A DNA stretch of 64,000 nucleotides from contig OY781964.1 of NCBI GenBank assembly GCA_963677485.1, forward strand, positions 1,824,001-1,888,000, written 5' to 3'. The notes under the pieces are model-generated. The model ran no database searches. It worked only from the letters and a program-made list of their open reading frames with translations, and was not told where the DNA came from. Made by a program: the position numbers and the translations under genes. Positions 48,941 through 60,100 of this stretch are shown here, piece by piece (position 1 is the stretch's first letter; every line of letters starts with the position of its first letter). The stretch comes from Armatimonadota bacterium. Lineage in GTDB: Bacteria; Armatimonadota; HRBIN16.

Positions 48941-49225
48941 ATATATAGCGTACTAGGGGCGGTTCGCGAACCGCCCTTCTTGCATGCGCCACGATCACCC
49001 GTGGTTGCCCACCATTACCATCGGTCCTATCCGTCGCATCCGTCGAATTCCCGGATTGTCTGAACCGCGGATGAACACGGATGGACGCGGATGGGGAGGG
49101 AAATACCAATCGGGAGATTGGCGTGCCCAGGGCGGTAGGCTATCCCGTAATTCGGGGAATCCGTACACTTTGGCGCCCGAACCCGCCATAATGAAGATGG
49201 TAGGTCACCCCATATCGGAGGAAAC

Positions 49226-49468
49226 ATGAATTTCATCGTCTGGATCGTCATTGCGGCCATCGTCTACAACCTCATTACAGGCAACGGGCAGAAGAACGCG
49301 GGTATTCTCATATTGGGCATGATGGCTATTGTTCTGCTGGTGGTGGGAATGGTGGCTGTCAGAATCGCCTCTGTGTTGTTCCCTGTGGCTATTGTGGTTG
49401 GGCTCATCTATGTGGGCACACGCTACCTTGGCGGCGGCGGCAAGGGCGGCGGGTATTTCCCTAAGTAA
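49226..49468 (+). CDS. Small hydrophobic membrane protein
   Basis: GGAGG RBS; 80 aa, 2-3 TM segments. Confidence 0.7.
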   Translation: MNFIVWIVIAAIVYNLITGNGQKNAGILILGMMAIVLLVVGMVAVRIASVLFPVAIVVGLIYVGTRYLGGGGKGGGYFPK

Positions 49469-49492
49469 ATCTACTCTCAACGAGGTTCAAAT

Positions 49493-50902
49493 ATGTCTCA
49501 GACTCTCAAATTCGGCACGGATGGCTGGCGCGCGGTCATGGCCAAAGATTTCACCTTCTCCAATGTGGCCGTCGTGGCTCAGGCGATCGCAGATATGCTC
49601 ATCAAGAAGGGCACCGCCTCCAAGGGCGTGTTCATCGGGTATGATGCCCGGCTGCTGAGCGACCTGTTCGCCCGCACCGTGGCTGAAGTGCTGAGTGCCA
49701 ACGGAATCCCTGCGCTGCTGCCGGATCGTGATACCCCTACCCCGGTCACAGACTACACCATCAAGGCACGCGACCTTGCCGGTGCGGTGATGCTGACCGC
49801 CAGCCACAACCCGGCGCAATACAACGGCATCAAATTCCTGCCAGATACCCTGCACCCCGCTCTTCCCGACATCACCGATGTGATTGAGCAGAACATCTCC
49901 AAGCTGCTGATGCAGCCGTCACTGGTCAAAAGCGACGTCAACGATGCGCTGATTCAGATGATCGATCCCCTGCCCGACTACTTTGAGGCTCTGCACAAAC
50001 TAATCGACACCAGCGCGCTGAAGGGGCTGAAGGTGGTTTTTGACCCGCTATACGCCACCGGCCGCGGATATGTGGACCGCTTCCTGCGTGAAGTGGGCGC
50101 CGATGTGGTGACCATTAAAGGCGAGTGGAACCCGGGTTTCGGCGGCAAGATGCCCGACCCCAACACCGCCAACACCCGCGATCTGGCCGCCAAGGTTCTG
50201 GAGCTTGGAGCGGCCATCGGCCTGGCAAATGACGGCGATGCGGACCGCTTTGGTGTGGTGGACGACGACGGCACCTGGCTGAGCCCCAACAAAATCATCG
50301 TTTTGACCATGAACTATTTGATCCACAAGCGGAAGCCACTGAGCGGGGACGTGATTCGTACCGTGGCCAGCACCCACCAGATTGACGCTTTGGCGAAGGC
50401 GCATGGGGCCATCAAAGTCACCGAAACGCCTGTGGGCTTCAAATGGGTGGGCAGCGAAATGGCCCGTCTGAACGCGCTGGTCGGCGGCGAGGAGAGCGGC
50501 GGTCTGAGCATCATGGACCACATCCCTGAGAAGGACGGCATCATGGCGGACATTTTGATGGCGGAGATGGTCGCCGCCACCGGCAAGAGCTGCGGTCAGC
50601 ACCTGAAGGAAATTGAGGCGATCACGGGTGAGTTTGTCTCGGGCCGCATCGACATCCATATCGATGAAGCCAAGAAGAACATCATGATGTCGGAACTGAA
50701 GCAGAACCCGCCCAGCCATTTCGCCGGGCAGGACGTGATCAAAACCGACACCCGCGACGGGGTGAAGCTCTGGCTGGCCGATGGCAGTTGGGCGCTCATC
50801 CGCGCCAGCGGCACCGAGCCGATGGTGCGCGCCTACGCTGAGGGCAACAGCGCCCAGCGTCTGGCGGAAGTGCAGCAGGCCATCCGCGCAGAGCTGGGGT
50901 AG
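49493..50902 (+). CDS. Phosphoglucomutase/phosphomannomutase
   Basis: FGTDGWR, TASHNP, DGDADR, GEESGG, RASGTEP motifs. Confidence 0.95.
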   Translation: MSQTLKFGTDGWRAVMAKDFTFSNVAVVAQAIADMLIKKGTASKGVFIGYDARLLSDLFARTVAEVLSANGIPALLPDRDTPTPVTDYTIKARDLAGAVMLTASHNPAQYNGIKFLPDTLHPALPDITDVIEQNISKLLMQPSLVKSDVNDALIQMIDPLPDYFEALHKLIDTSALKGLKVVFDPLYATGRGYVDRFLREVGADVVTIKGEWNPGFGGKMPDPNTANTRDLAAKVLELGAAIGLANDGDADRFGVVDDDGTWLSPNKIIVLTMNYLIHKRKPLSGDVIRTVASTHQIDALAKAHGAIKVTETPVGFKWVGSEMARLNALVGGEESGGLSIMDHIPEKDGIMADILMAEMVAATGKSCGQHLKEIEAITGEFVSGRIDIHIDEAKKNIMMSELKQNPPSHFAGQDVIKTDTRDGVKLWLADGSWALIRASGTEPMVRAYAEGNSAQRLAEVQQAIRAELG

Positions 50903-51008
50903 CGTGGCCTGGCAGCGTAAGCTAGGAGAATCACAGCGTATACGATCTGAAGGAGCCTGATCATTAGGCTCCTGCGGGCGTTAATCTACAGTAACAACTG
51001 AGCCATGG

Positions 51009-51150
51009 TTGGCTATGTCCGGGGCGGTCTGTCAGTACGTTAGCGATAGCAGAAAGCTGTAGACCGCGCCGGTCTGGCGGATAGCCCTCATGGCTTAATG
51101 GCGGAAACAAGACCGGCGCGGTTAGGGGAAAACCGCCCCGGACAGTGGCA
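51009..51150. repeat. Family A element, same subtype as the tandem-array unit
   Basis: TTGGCTATGTCCGGGGCGGTCTGTC...AAGACCGGCGCGGTTAGGGGAAAACCGCCCCGGACAGTGGC. Confidence 0.85.
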
Positions 51151-51275
51151 TTTGGCACCGTCCAGCGCGTATTAGGTGCGAGCGCCCTTCGTGCGTCACC
51201 GAACCCGTCGGTTATGACTAATGACCATACCCGTCTGCGAAATACGATATACAATTTCCTTGGAGGTGTCACAGC

Positions 51276-53180
51276 ATGGCGCATGTCATCACATATGATG
51301 CACAGCAGCTTAAGGAACCGCAGTTTGCTGAGGCTGAGTGGGCACTGCCCACCGGGAACGGTGGCTATGCGTGCGGTACCCTGCGCGGCACCCGCACGAG
51401 ACGGTACCATGCGTTATATGTGGCTGCCGATGCAAACAGCTCCAAGCGGTGGGCGGTGGTGGCCGAGGTTGAAGCGTGGGCTTTGGTCAATGGCCAGAGT
51501 TTCCCGTTAAGCACTCATGCCTACAGGATGTCACACTACCCGGCCGGGTATCGATGGCTGAACCGCGTGGAGGTCACCCCCTCCTCTGTGACCCATATCT
51601 GGCAACTGCCCTCATGCACCATCTCAAGGCTCCTTCAAACCTCCCCTCAGGGGATACGGCTGACCTGGCAGATCACCGATGGGGAGGCGCAGCTTAGCCT
51701 CACCCCGCTGATGGCGATGCGCGACCACCACACGCTGATGGTGGCCAACAAGGCTCTGGATGGCCATTGTAAGATGCTGGCGAACACCTGCGTCTGCAAG
51801 CCATATGAGGATGCACCGTCGGTTTGGTGGCGATTTTCGCAAGGCATATGGAACTCCAGCCGGGACTGGTACTACCAGTTCTTTTACTCTGTAGATCAGG
51901 CACGCGGGTTGGACTTTCAGGAGGACCTGTGGACACCCGGATGCTTGACAACAGACCTGACACCCAGCCAACCTGTGGTGCTGGAGCTGGGCATTGATGA
52001 GCCATCCGTACTGGATTTACTGCCATCCTCCACGGAGTGGAACGACCTCTACCTATTTGAAGCGAAAGACCGGGGGAGCAGTATTCTGGCAGGGTTACCG
52101 TGGTTTACCGACTGGGGCCGAGACACGATGATCGTGATGCCCGGGCTGCTGTTCCGGCGCGGCCTGTATCCTCAGGCGTTTAGCATCCTGTGTACCTTCG
52201 CTAAAACCATGAAGAACGGGCTGATACCGAACAGATTTCCAGATCAGGGCGAAGAGCCGGAATACAACACGGTCGATGCCACGCTCTGGTTTGCCAGGAT
52301 GGTGGAACTCTACCTCACCCATACCCGTGACGATGCCGGTGTTGTTGAGCACATCTGGCCCGCCTTGAAACAGGCGATGCAGCATCACCTTGAAGGCACG
52401 CTTCACGGCATCAAGTGCGACCCCACCGATGGGCTGCTCACCGCTGGTGACGCCAATACGCAGTTGACATGGATGGATGCGCGGGTAGGTGATCAGGTGT
52501 TCACCCCTCGTGGAGGGAAGCCGATCGAGATTTCCGCGTTATGGATCAACTTCATGCGGTTATATCTGCAGCTCTGCAACAACCCCTTATATGGCACGAC
52601 GGAGCATCAGCCGGTTGTGGAGAAGATGCTTGCGTTGGCGGAAAGCCGGTTTGATGAGCTGTATTGGGTGCCGCAGAACAACTGGTTTGCGGATGTGATA
52701 GGCAACGACGGGGTGGCCGATGCCCGGCTTCGGCCAAACCAACTGATCGCGTTGAGTTTGCCCAATATGCCAGTTCCGAAAGAGCATATGGCCAGTGCCT
52801 TTGCCTCCTGTAAGGAGTATCTGCGCACCCCATATGGTTTACGCACTCTGGCCCATTTCGAAGAAGGCTACCAGCCCAGATATCAGGGCGGGGTGTTGGA
52901 GCGCGATGGTGCTTACCACCAAGGCACGGTTTGGCCCTGGCTGTTCAGTGCTTATGCTCGTGTATATCTGCAGCTCCACCAGGATATCTCGTCGTCCGAG
53001 CGGCATGCCACCTTGCGCAGGTTGATCGCCCCTCTGCAGGAGTATGCATTGACCGTCGGAGTGGGTCATATCGCCGAGGTATTTGATGCTGAGGAACCCC
53101 ATGTGCAGGGCGGATGCTTCGCGCAGGCTTGGAGCGACGCGGCAGTGGCCGAGATTTTAGCCGAAATCGGCAGCCGGTAA
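51276..53180 (+). CDS. Amylo-alpha-1,6-glucosidase (glycogen debranching enzyme, GDE_N + GDE_C)
   Basis: EW..TGNGGYA, RTRRYH, WFTDWGRDT, YNTVDATLW, TWMDA, YHQGTVWPW, GCFAQAWS motifs. Confidence 0.93.
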   Translation: MAHVITYDAQQLKEPQFAEAEWALPTGNGGYACGTLRGTRTRRYHALYVAADANSSKRWAVVAEVEAWALVNGQSFPLSTHAYRMSHYPAGYRWLNRVEVTPSSVTHIWQLPSCTISRLLQTSPQGIRLTWQITDGEAQLSLTPLMAMRDHHTLMVANKALDGHCKMLANTCVCKPYEDAPSVWWRFSQGIWNSSRDWYYQFFYSVDQARGLDFQEDLWTPGCLTTDLTPSQPVVLELGIDEPSVLDLLPSSTEWNDLYLFEAKDRGSSILAGLPWFTDWGRDTMIVMPGLLFRRGLYPQAFSILCTFAKTMKNGLIPNRFPDQGEEPEYNTVDATLWFARMVELYLTHTRDDAGVVEHIWPALKQAMQHHLEGTLHGIKCDPTDGLLTAGDANTQLTWMDARVGDQVFTPRGGKPIEISALWINFMRLYLQLCNNPLYGTTEHQPVVEKMLALAESRFDELYWVPQNNWFADVIGNDGVADARLRPNQLIALSLPNMPVPKEHMASAFASCKEYLRTPYGLRTLAHFEEGYQPRYQGGVLERDGAYHQGTVWPWLFSAYARVYLQLHQDISSSERHATLRRLIAPLQEYALTVGVGHIAEVFDAEEPHVQGGCFAQAWSDAAVAEILAEIGSR

Positions 53181-53550
53181 CGAGGCTGCTATGGAACTCA
53201 GCAGCAAACCTGGGGTGATGGCCAAATACTAGAACGATCCGTCCAATCCGTCCGATCAATCGGCTGTTCACACCTGCCTGTGTGCCATATGTGTAATATT
53301 AGGCATCAAACGATGAAATTTCCCTGCCAAGAGCACTAGTTTTTCTGAAATTGGCACTTACACTTGATATATGAGCTACATATTATGGTAGACTCACCTT
53401 GTAACCGGTGGATGTTTCGTCTTGGTTCCGAGCTCACGACACTTTCCTGAGGGTCTTCCGCTTCCGAGCCTACCGACAGCATCGTAACGTAACGTATCAA
53501 GACGCTTGGTTCAAGCGGTCTCAACGACCCATTAAGGAAGGTTTCATCAC

Positions 53551-53868
53551 ATGGCTGACGAAATTAAGACTCTGTACATCGGCAACCTATCTTACCAGAG
53601 CGGCGCCGAGAGCCTCCGCGCTTACTACGAACCATACGGTCCAGTCAAGGACGTACGCGTTGTAGAAGGCAAGGGCTTCGGATTTGTCGAGATCCCTGCT
53701 GAGAATATGCAGGCTGCGATCGACGCAACCGACAGCAAACCATTCGAGGGCCGCACCCTTCGCGTAAGCGAAGCTCAGCCCCGTGAAGATCGACGTCCTC
53801 GCACTGGTGGCGGCGGCGGCGGCGGCGGTTTCAGCGGTGGCGGCGGCGGCGGCAATCGTCGCTGGTAG
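53551..53868 (+). CDS. RRM RNA-binding protein with Gly-rich tail
   Basis: RNP2 LYIGNL, RNP1 KGFGFVE, GRTLRVSEAQPR. Confidence 0.93.
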   Translation: MADEIKTLYIGNLSYQSGAESLRAYYEPYGPVKDVRVVEGKGFGFVEIPAENMQAAIDATDSKPFEGRTLRVSEAQPREDRRPRTGGGGGGGGFSGGGGGGNRRW

Positions 53869-53884
53869 TTTCGGCTACTTGCCT

Positions 53885-53911
53885 GGGCGCGCTTTCGAGC
53901 GCGCCCTTTTC
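53885..53911 (+). terminator. Rho-independent terminator
   Basis: GGGCGCGCT-TTCG-AGCGCGCCC followed by TTTT. Confidence 0.8.
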
Positions 53912-54011
53912 GCGTTTTAGGCTGCGTAAAACTATTGTTTTTACTCAGCCATCAGATGAGTGTGCCCAGTGTCTGTTCAGCACAGGCGCAACGCCATCAC
54001 GCACCAGGCCT

Positions 54012-54532
54012 TCCGGGCACCCACGCAGTGGGTTTGATTCTTATAGCCAGGGGTGAGCGAAGCGATACCCCTGGAAAGTGGCGTATAATTCCTACCCCGA
54101 AGTGGGTCGAATCGATTCGCGGCAGCCATGTAATCAAATCACTATTGATGACCCACTCCGGGTTAGATGGTTATTGTCTTTCGTCCATGGGTAGCGCTAG
54201 CGCTTGTACGTAACTTGGTTGGCTATGTCCGGGGCGGTCTGTCAGTACGCCTGCGGAGGCCACTGTCTATAGACCGCGCCGGTCTTGTTCTTGGCATATA
54301 TCTTGCGTGGCTATCCGCCAGACCGGCGCGGTCTTGAGCCTTGTGCATCCGCTAGCCACCGCACAGACCGCCCCGGACATAGCCAAAACTTGTCTGCAAT
54401 AGAGGCAAAAGTCATTGGCATATCGATCTGTCACCTCAGCGTGACGTATCAGTTACAGTATGGGTTGCAGTGCCAGCACGGGCTGGCGTTTACCCGTGGC
54501 TACTAGAATCCTACCCACTTTGTGGGTGCCGG
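54012..54532. repeat. Family D palindromic element interrupted by about 290 bp containing a family A element
   Basis: Left part 54012-54205 and right arm 54497-54532 match 24729-24947. Confidence 0.75.
54219..54386. mobile_element. 168-bp MITE-like element (family A)
   Basis: Same 23-bp TIRs and length as 31731-31898. Confidence 0.85.
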
Positions 54533-54666
54533 AAGCTACATCCCCGTTACCGACCGTTGACTGATGCACGATCATCGCATATGGCTCAGTAGTTACGAAT
54601 TATTAAGCATCCGATGCCCATAAAATGGATAATTAGAGATACAGACTCAATCCAAGGAGGCCATTC

Positions 54667-55134
54667 ATGAGCGTTACAGTAGGCAGTCCTGCCCCCAGCA
54701 TCACACTTCCTGACCAGAATGGTGTCGAACACCATCTACCGATCGCATCCAAATGGTGCGTGCTCTATTTCTACCCTAAGGACAACACCCCCGGCTGCAC
54801 CACGGAGGCGTGTGATTTCCGTGACAACAACAGCTTGCTGCAGCAAATGGGTGCCGATGTCATGGGCGTCAGTCCCGATTCACCCAAATCGCATACAAGC
54901 TTCGTAAAGAAGTTTGAGCTGCCATTCACGCTTTTGGCGGACGAAAACCACGAACTGGCAGAGGCGTATGGTGTGTGGGTGGAGAAAAGCATGTATGGCA
55001 AAAAGTACATGGGCGTGGAACGAAGCACGTTTATCATCGACCCGAATGGCATAATACGCAAGGAATGGCGTAAAGTAAGTGTGACCGGTCATGTAACTGA
55101 GGTGGCCGCTGCTTTGAAGGAGCTGCAAGAATAA
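54667..55134 (+). CDS. bcp: Thioredoxin-dependent thiol peroxidase BCP
   Basis: YFYPKDNTPGCTTEAC, KSMYGKKYMGVERSTF motifs. Confidence 0.95.
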   Translation: MSVTVGSPAPSITLPDQNGVEHHLPIASKWCVLYFYPKDNTPGCTTEACDFRDNNSLLQQMGADVMGVSPDSPKSHTSFVKKFELPFTLLADENHELAEAYGVWVEKSMYGKKYMGVERSTFIIDPNGIIRKEWRKVSVTGHVTEVAAALKELQE

Positions 55135-55136
55135 CC

Positions 55137-55769
55137 ATGCGAATATCTATGTTAGTCTCTCTGCTGACCATCGCCAGTATAGGTGCCATGGCGCAAAATG
55201 AGGTCAAGGTCTCCATCACGACTAAGGTGAGTGTGACCCAGCAGATAGCCGATCTTTCATCTGACCTAGAGGGCCTTGATATCCTGGCTCCTGTGAAACT
55301 GACACCCGAGCAGGTAAAAACAGTCCTGGCAGAGGTGCAGCCTGCGGTTGCTAAGATACTAGAGCTGGACACAAAGCGCGAGGCAAGTCTGGTTGATCTG
55401 CGGGATGCGCTGGTTAAGGCAAAGTCTGAAGCCCTGGCTGGCCAACAGCCTTCTGCTGATTTGATGAAGAAGCTGGCGGCGATTCAAAAGGCTGCAGGAA
55501 TGGAAAGAGCGACCGCAGCCGATGAGGCCAGTAATGCCATCTGGTTGAAGCTCACCACGGTGCTGGATGATAACCAGAAAAAGGCCGTCTATGACCTGAC
55601 TCGTAAGGCTTTGAAAAGCATAAACACACCTAACTATCTGGAGATTCCGCAAAAGCAGCTTGGTGCTTATTTTACTCGGGAAGTACTCATGCTGCCGCGG
55701 CAGATAAGGTTAATGCAGGAGATGATCGCTCCTAAAGTACCTGAGACATCACGCAAACTGGATGAGTAG
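55137..55769 (+). CDS. Secreted alpha-helical hypothetical protein
   Basis: Signal peptide; 210 aa; tightly packed between bcp and MFS. Confidence 0.75.
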   Translation: MRISMLVSLLTIASIGAMAQNEVKVSITTKVSVTQQIADLSSDLEGLDILAPVKLTPEQVKTVLAEVQPAVAKILELDTKREASLVDLRDALVKAKSEALAGQQPSADLMKKLAAIQKAAGMERATAADEASNAIWLKLTTVLDDNQKKAVYDLTRKALKSINTPNYLEIPQKQLGAYFTREVLMLPRQIRLMQEMIAPKVPETSRKLDE

Positions 55770-57027
55770 TTCGCCGCCTATAAATTCTGCTCACAGCAAT
55801 ACATCGTTCAATCTCCGCATCATGGTTGTGGAATCCTCCATATTCATGATGGGGGTTTCGTTCATGGATATGAACACGTTGTTTCCGCAGTTCTTAAAGA
55901 CCATGGGTGCCTCCGCGCTGATAATTGGCCTCATTCAAGGCCTTCGGCAGTTTATGTTTTTCGTACCATACCCATACGCCATCGGGATGATACGCGGGAA
56001 GCCGCTGGTTAAGGGATATCTACTGAAGGCCTGTCTTTGGGGCCGCACTCCGTTGTTACTAGCAGCGGGCGTATTATGGCTACAGCCTGCCAACCATACG
56101 CTTGCCATCATCGCAGGCACACTGGCGATCGTCATGTTTACCTTTGGCGATGGCTTGGGTTGTCTGCCCTGGTATGAGCTGGTCGGACGGTTGATTCCCA
56201 GCCGGATGCGGGGCCGGTTCTTTGGCGGGATGCAGACACTGGGTGCGCTCAGCGCGCTGGCGGCTTCCTTGGTGGTGCCGAAAATCATGCGACTGTCGCA
56301 TCTTAGTGAGACCCACCGGTATGCGCTGCTGTTCGCGTGCATGGGGCTGCTGTTAGCATTTTCGACCTACCTGATCACAGTGATCCGTGAGGGATATCAG
56401 CACTTCTCCGAAGGTGATGATGACCAACCTCAGGGGTTTATGGAGCAGATCCGGCACGTACCGGTCTGCTGGAAGCGCGACCAGTCGCTGCGACGGCTGA
56501 TTTATACGCAGTTGTTGATCACCGGCGAAGGGCTGAGCATGAGCTTCTATGGGCTGTATGCCATAGATAAGTACCATCTGCCAGCGGATTGGATGGCCTA
56601 CTTTATATCAGCAGGTGCCATAGGGGCCGTCGTCACCGGCCCGCTGTGGGGCCTGGTGGCTGACCGTTTAGGGGCCGTGAAGTCACTCAAAATGATGGTA
56701 CCGTTAGCTATGATCGCTCCGGCTGTGGCCTTGTGTTCATGGAGCCCGGTGTCCTTTTTTTTCGTATTTGCCAGTATCGGCTCCGTGGTGTTTGGTGTGT
56801 GGGCTTGCATGACTAACACGGCACTTGCGATCGCACCAAAGATCGACCGACCGACCTATATCGCCTTACAGCAACTCGCCAATTTTCCGCTGAGTATCAC
56901 GCCGATTATCGGTGGCTGGATCATCCAAAACCACGGTTATATCCCCGTGTTCATACTTACATTGATCTGTGTGACAGCAGGTGCCGTATTAGCGCAGCGT
57001 ATTCCTAAACAGGCTGCCTTAGCGTAG
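55762..57027 (+). CDS. MFS transporter
   Basis: About 12 TM segments; IPSRMRGRFFG and WGLVADRLG loop motifs. Confidence 0.88.
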   Translation: MSSSPPINSAHSNTSFNLRIMVVESSIFMMGVSFMDMNTLFPQFLKTMGASALIIGLIQGLRQFMFFVPYPYAIGMIRGKPLVKGYLLKACLWGRTPLLLAAGVLWLQPANHTLAIIAGTLAIVMFTFGDGLGCLPWYELVGRLIPSRMRGRFFGGMQTLGALSALAASLVVPKIMRLSHLSETHRYALLFACMGLLLAFSTYLITVIREGYQHFSEGDDDQPQGFMEQIRHVPVCWKRDQSLRRLIYTQLLITGEGLSMSFYGLYAIDKYHLPADWMAYFISAGAIGAVVTGPLWGLVADRLGAVKSLKMMVPLAMIAPAVALCSWSPVSFFFVFASIGSVVFGVWACMTNTALAIAPKIDRPTYIALQQLANFPLSITPIIGGWIIQNHGYIPVFILTLICVTAGAVLAQRIPKQAALA

Positions 57028-57157
57028 ACCAAAACCTATGGATTTCGCATATTGCCGGATTCTACAGCCGGAAACTGCACCTTTTTAATACGTGATATGT
57101 CATGCTAATAGTATAAGGCCTTGAAGCCCAAACAATAGCTCAAGGAGCCTCAGCCGA

Positions 57158-60100
57158 ATGCTTGTCGCCGCAGGGTTTCTTCTGAATGCCGTATTGCTTA
57201 TCTGCATTATCATCATCAGCGTTCGGTGGGTCGCTGGTGTATCAAAACGGTCCGTTGTTCATCAGCTATTGCTTGGTCTTTTGTTCGGTGTTGTGTGTAT
57301 CATACTCAGTCTTGCAGCTTCCAACAGCCCCATTGACGCCCGTCCCGTCTTCTTGTTCATCAGTGCGATGTTCACCGGATGGCTGCCTGCTGTCGTAGCC
57401 GCGCTGATCAGTCTGCTACACGGCGTGATTAGTGAAAACACGTCTATGCTTCCGGTGATGCTGGCCGGCGTTTTGCTCATCAGCGTGGCCTCCGGCTGGT
57501 TAAGCTCCAAACTGCTCAAAAATATCACCTGGCGGGCTATACTGCTGGCCAGTTATATTAGCCATTTGCTTACCATTGGTTATCTTCTTCTATTCCACGA
57601 GGTCAGCTACCTGAGGACACTCTTGCCCGGCGTAAATAGCAGCAGTCAGACTGCTGGTATCGTCGTGGCTCTGGCACTGGGACCGATCGTCGCAGCGATA
57701 TGCGGTTTTGTGATCATCCGCTTCCGAAAGTGGCTGCTGCTGGAAGAGAAGCGGCAGAAGCAGGCGCAATACTTCCGCAGCATCTACAACAATCTGAACG
57801 CAGGTCTGTTTCACTGCGACCTTGAGGGCCGATACCTCGATATGAACAAGACCATGGCGCATATTCTGGGTTTCGATGACCCAGGGGAGGCTATAGAGTG
57901 CTGTGCTAGTGATTCGGAGGATATCGCCCCTGCAATGCAGAGCGTAAGGGACACCCTGGCGTTGTGCGCTGAAGAGGGGCAAATCCGTGACCATGAGATG
58001 AAGATGCCCAACTATCTGGGCGATGAGAAGACAATCAACATCAGCATCTGGAAGCTGCCAAAGACCGATGATGGGCAGACAGTATACGAAGGTCTCGCCG
58101 TGGATGTGTCTACACAGACCGCCATCCAAAAGCAGCTTCAGGAAAGCGAGGCGAAATATCGCAGCTATGTCCAATATGCCCCATTAGGTGTCACCGTCAC
58201 CAACCGTGGATTACAGTATCTCGAAGCGAATGACGCGTTCTGTAGAATCTTCGGATATTCCGAGCAGGAACTGCTTAGCATGACTGTGTGGCAGATATTC
58301 GCGCCGGAAGAACTCGACACTGTGCTTTGGTGCAAGCAAGAGCTGACAAGCAAAGGTTCGGTGACTGCTATCATGAAGTGCATCACCAAAACTGGTGACG
58401 CAGTTTACTGCCGAGTCGATACTGTCATGCTAAGCGAAGACAGGCTTCTTGGGCTAGTCACCGACAATACAGAGGTTATGAGAGCCAGGCAGGATCTGGA
58501 AATTCAAAAACAGGTGACCATCAACCTGATAGATTCGGAACAGGCGGGTTACTGGGACTGGAACATTGAGAAACAGACCATGTATTTGAGTCCTGGTCTG
58601 GTTTCGATGCTTGGTTATGAAAATGGGGATTTCGCCGACGGCTTTGACCTGTTGGAAACCGTGCTGTTTCCTGAAGACCGACCAGAAATTCAAGATTCTA
58701 TAGATATGCATATAGATAGTCATGCTACGGTGCCATTTCATCATAAAATGAGGTTAAAACACCGTGATGGACACACGATCTGGGGCGTCGGTTCAGGATA
58801 TATAGCTGAATGGAATAATGATAACCGGCCCATCCGCATGGCGGGCAGCTATGCAGATGTCAGCGCGATGAAAGCGGCTGAAGACGAGATAGTCAGCCTG
58901 AACCATCAGCTCAAAGAGAAGCTCTCGGACTTGGAAAGACCATCCGGTAACACATCGGCACTCGGTTTCACTGACCTGTTTGATATCGATGAGATTCAGA
59001 AGATACAAGATACTTTCGCGAAGACATCCGGGGTTGCCTCGGTCATTGTGGATGTCGCCGGGTATCGCATCACACGTCCAAGTAACTACTGTGCTCTATG
59101 CCGCGATGTTATTCGTGGATGTCAACTTGGCAAAAAGCACTGCATTGCGATTAGCGAGATGATGAATACCTCTCATCCCGATACTCCAATGATTCGCTAC
59201 TGCATGGACGGCTGTATGCTTGAGGGCAGTGCCTCTATCACGATAGATGGCAGACATATCGCCACCTGGATGTTTGGACAGGTGATGGACGAAACCGCAG
59301 ATGAGGAGCAGATGATGCAATATGCTGCGGAGCTAGGTGTGGATGAACTGCAGTATGCGCAAGCTTTGCCGTTTGTCAATAAAATGAGCCGCTCTCAGTT
59401 TGAAAGCGTGGGTCAGACCTTGCAGGCGATCGCAGATCAGTTATCGCAGCAAGCCGTGCAAAATGCAAAACAGGCCCTTTACATCTCGGAACGCAGGCAG
59501 GCAGAACGTGCCTTGCGTGCCTCCGAGCAGCGCTACCAACAGCTCTTCAATGAGATGAGCAGTGGTTTCGTTGTCGCACAGGTGATTCTAGATGCAAACG
59601 GACTACCGCTCGATTTTAGATTTGTCAGAATCAACAAGCAGGCTGAAATCATACTCGGATTCAGGGCAGATGACGTCATAGGAAAGACCTCGCGCGAGAT
59701 ATTTCCACACATTGAAAATCGGTGGATACAGCGTTTCTGTGATGTGGCCATGACAGGTCATCCTATAGAGTTCCAAGAGTTTTTTGCCCCTACATCACGC
59801 TATTACCAGGTGCATGCCTACATGCCAGAGCCACTGCATTTTGCGGTGGTATTTGACGATGTAACCGATAAGATTACCGCGGAACAAGAACGTAAACTGC
59901 TAGAGCAGAGGATGGAGCAGACCCAAAAACTGGAAGGTCTGGGTGTGCTGGCAGGTGGTATTGCGCATGACTTCAATAACATCCTGATGTCGATTATGGG
60001 AAATGCCGATATCGCATTACTGGATACACTTCCACAATCTACAGCTTACGAATGCCTCGATGAGATTAAGAACTCCTCTAACCGAGCAGCCGAACTGTGT

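Larger units (their letters stand above)
47159..48956 (-). mobile_element. IS110-family (IS621-like) insertion sequence inserted in a REP
   Basis: CT core at both junctions (plus-strand AG at 47159-47160 and 48955-48956); right end ACAGTAT, left end AGTACGC; removing it restores GTAGGGGCGGTTCGCGAACCGCCC. Confidence 0.9.
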
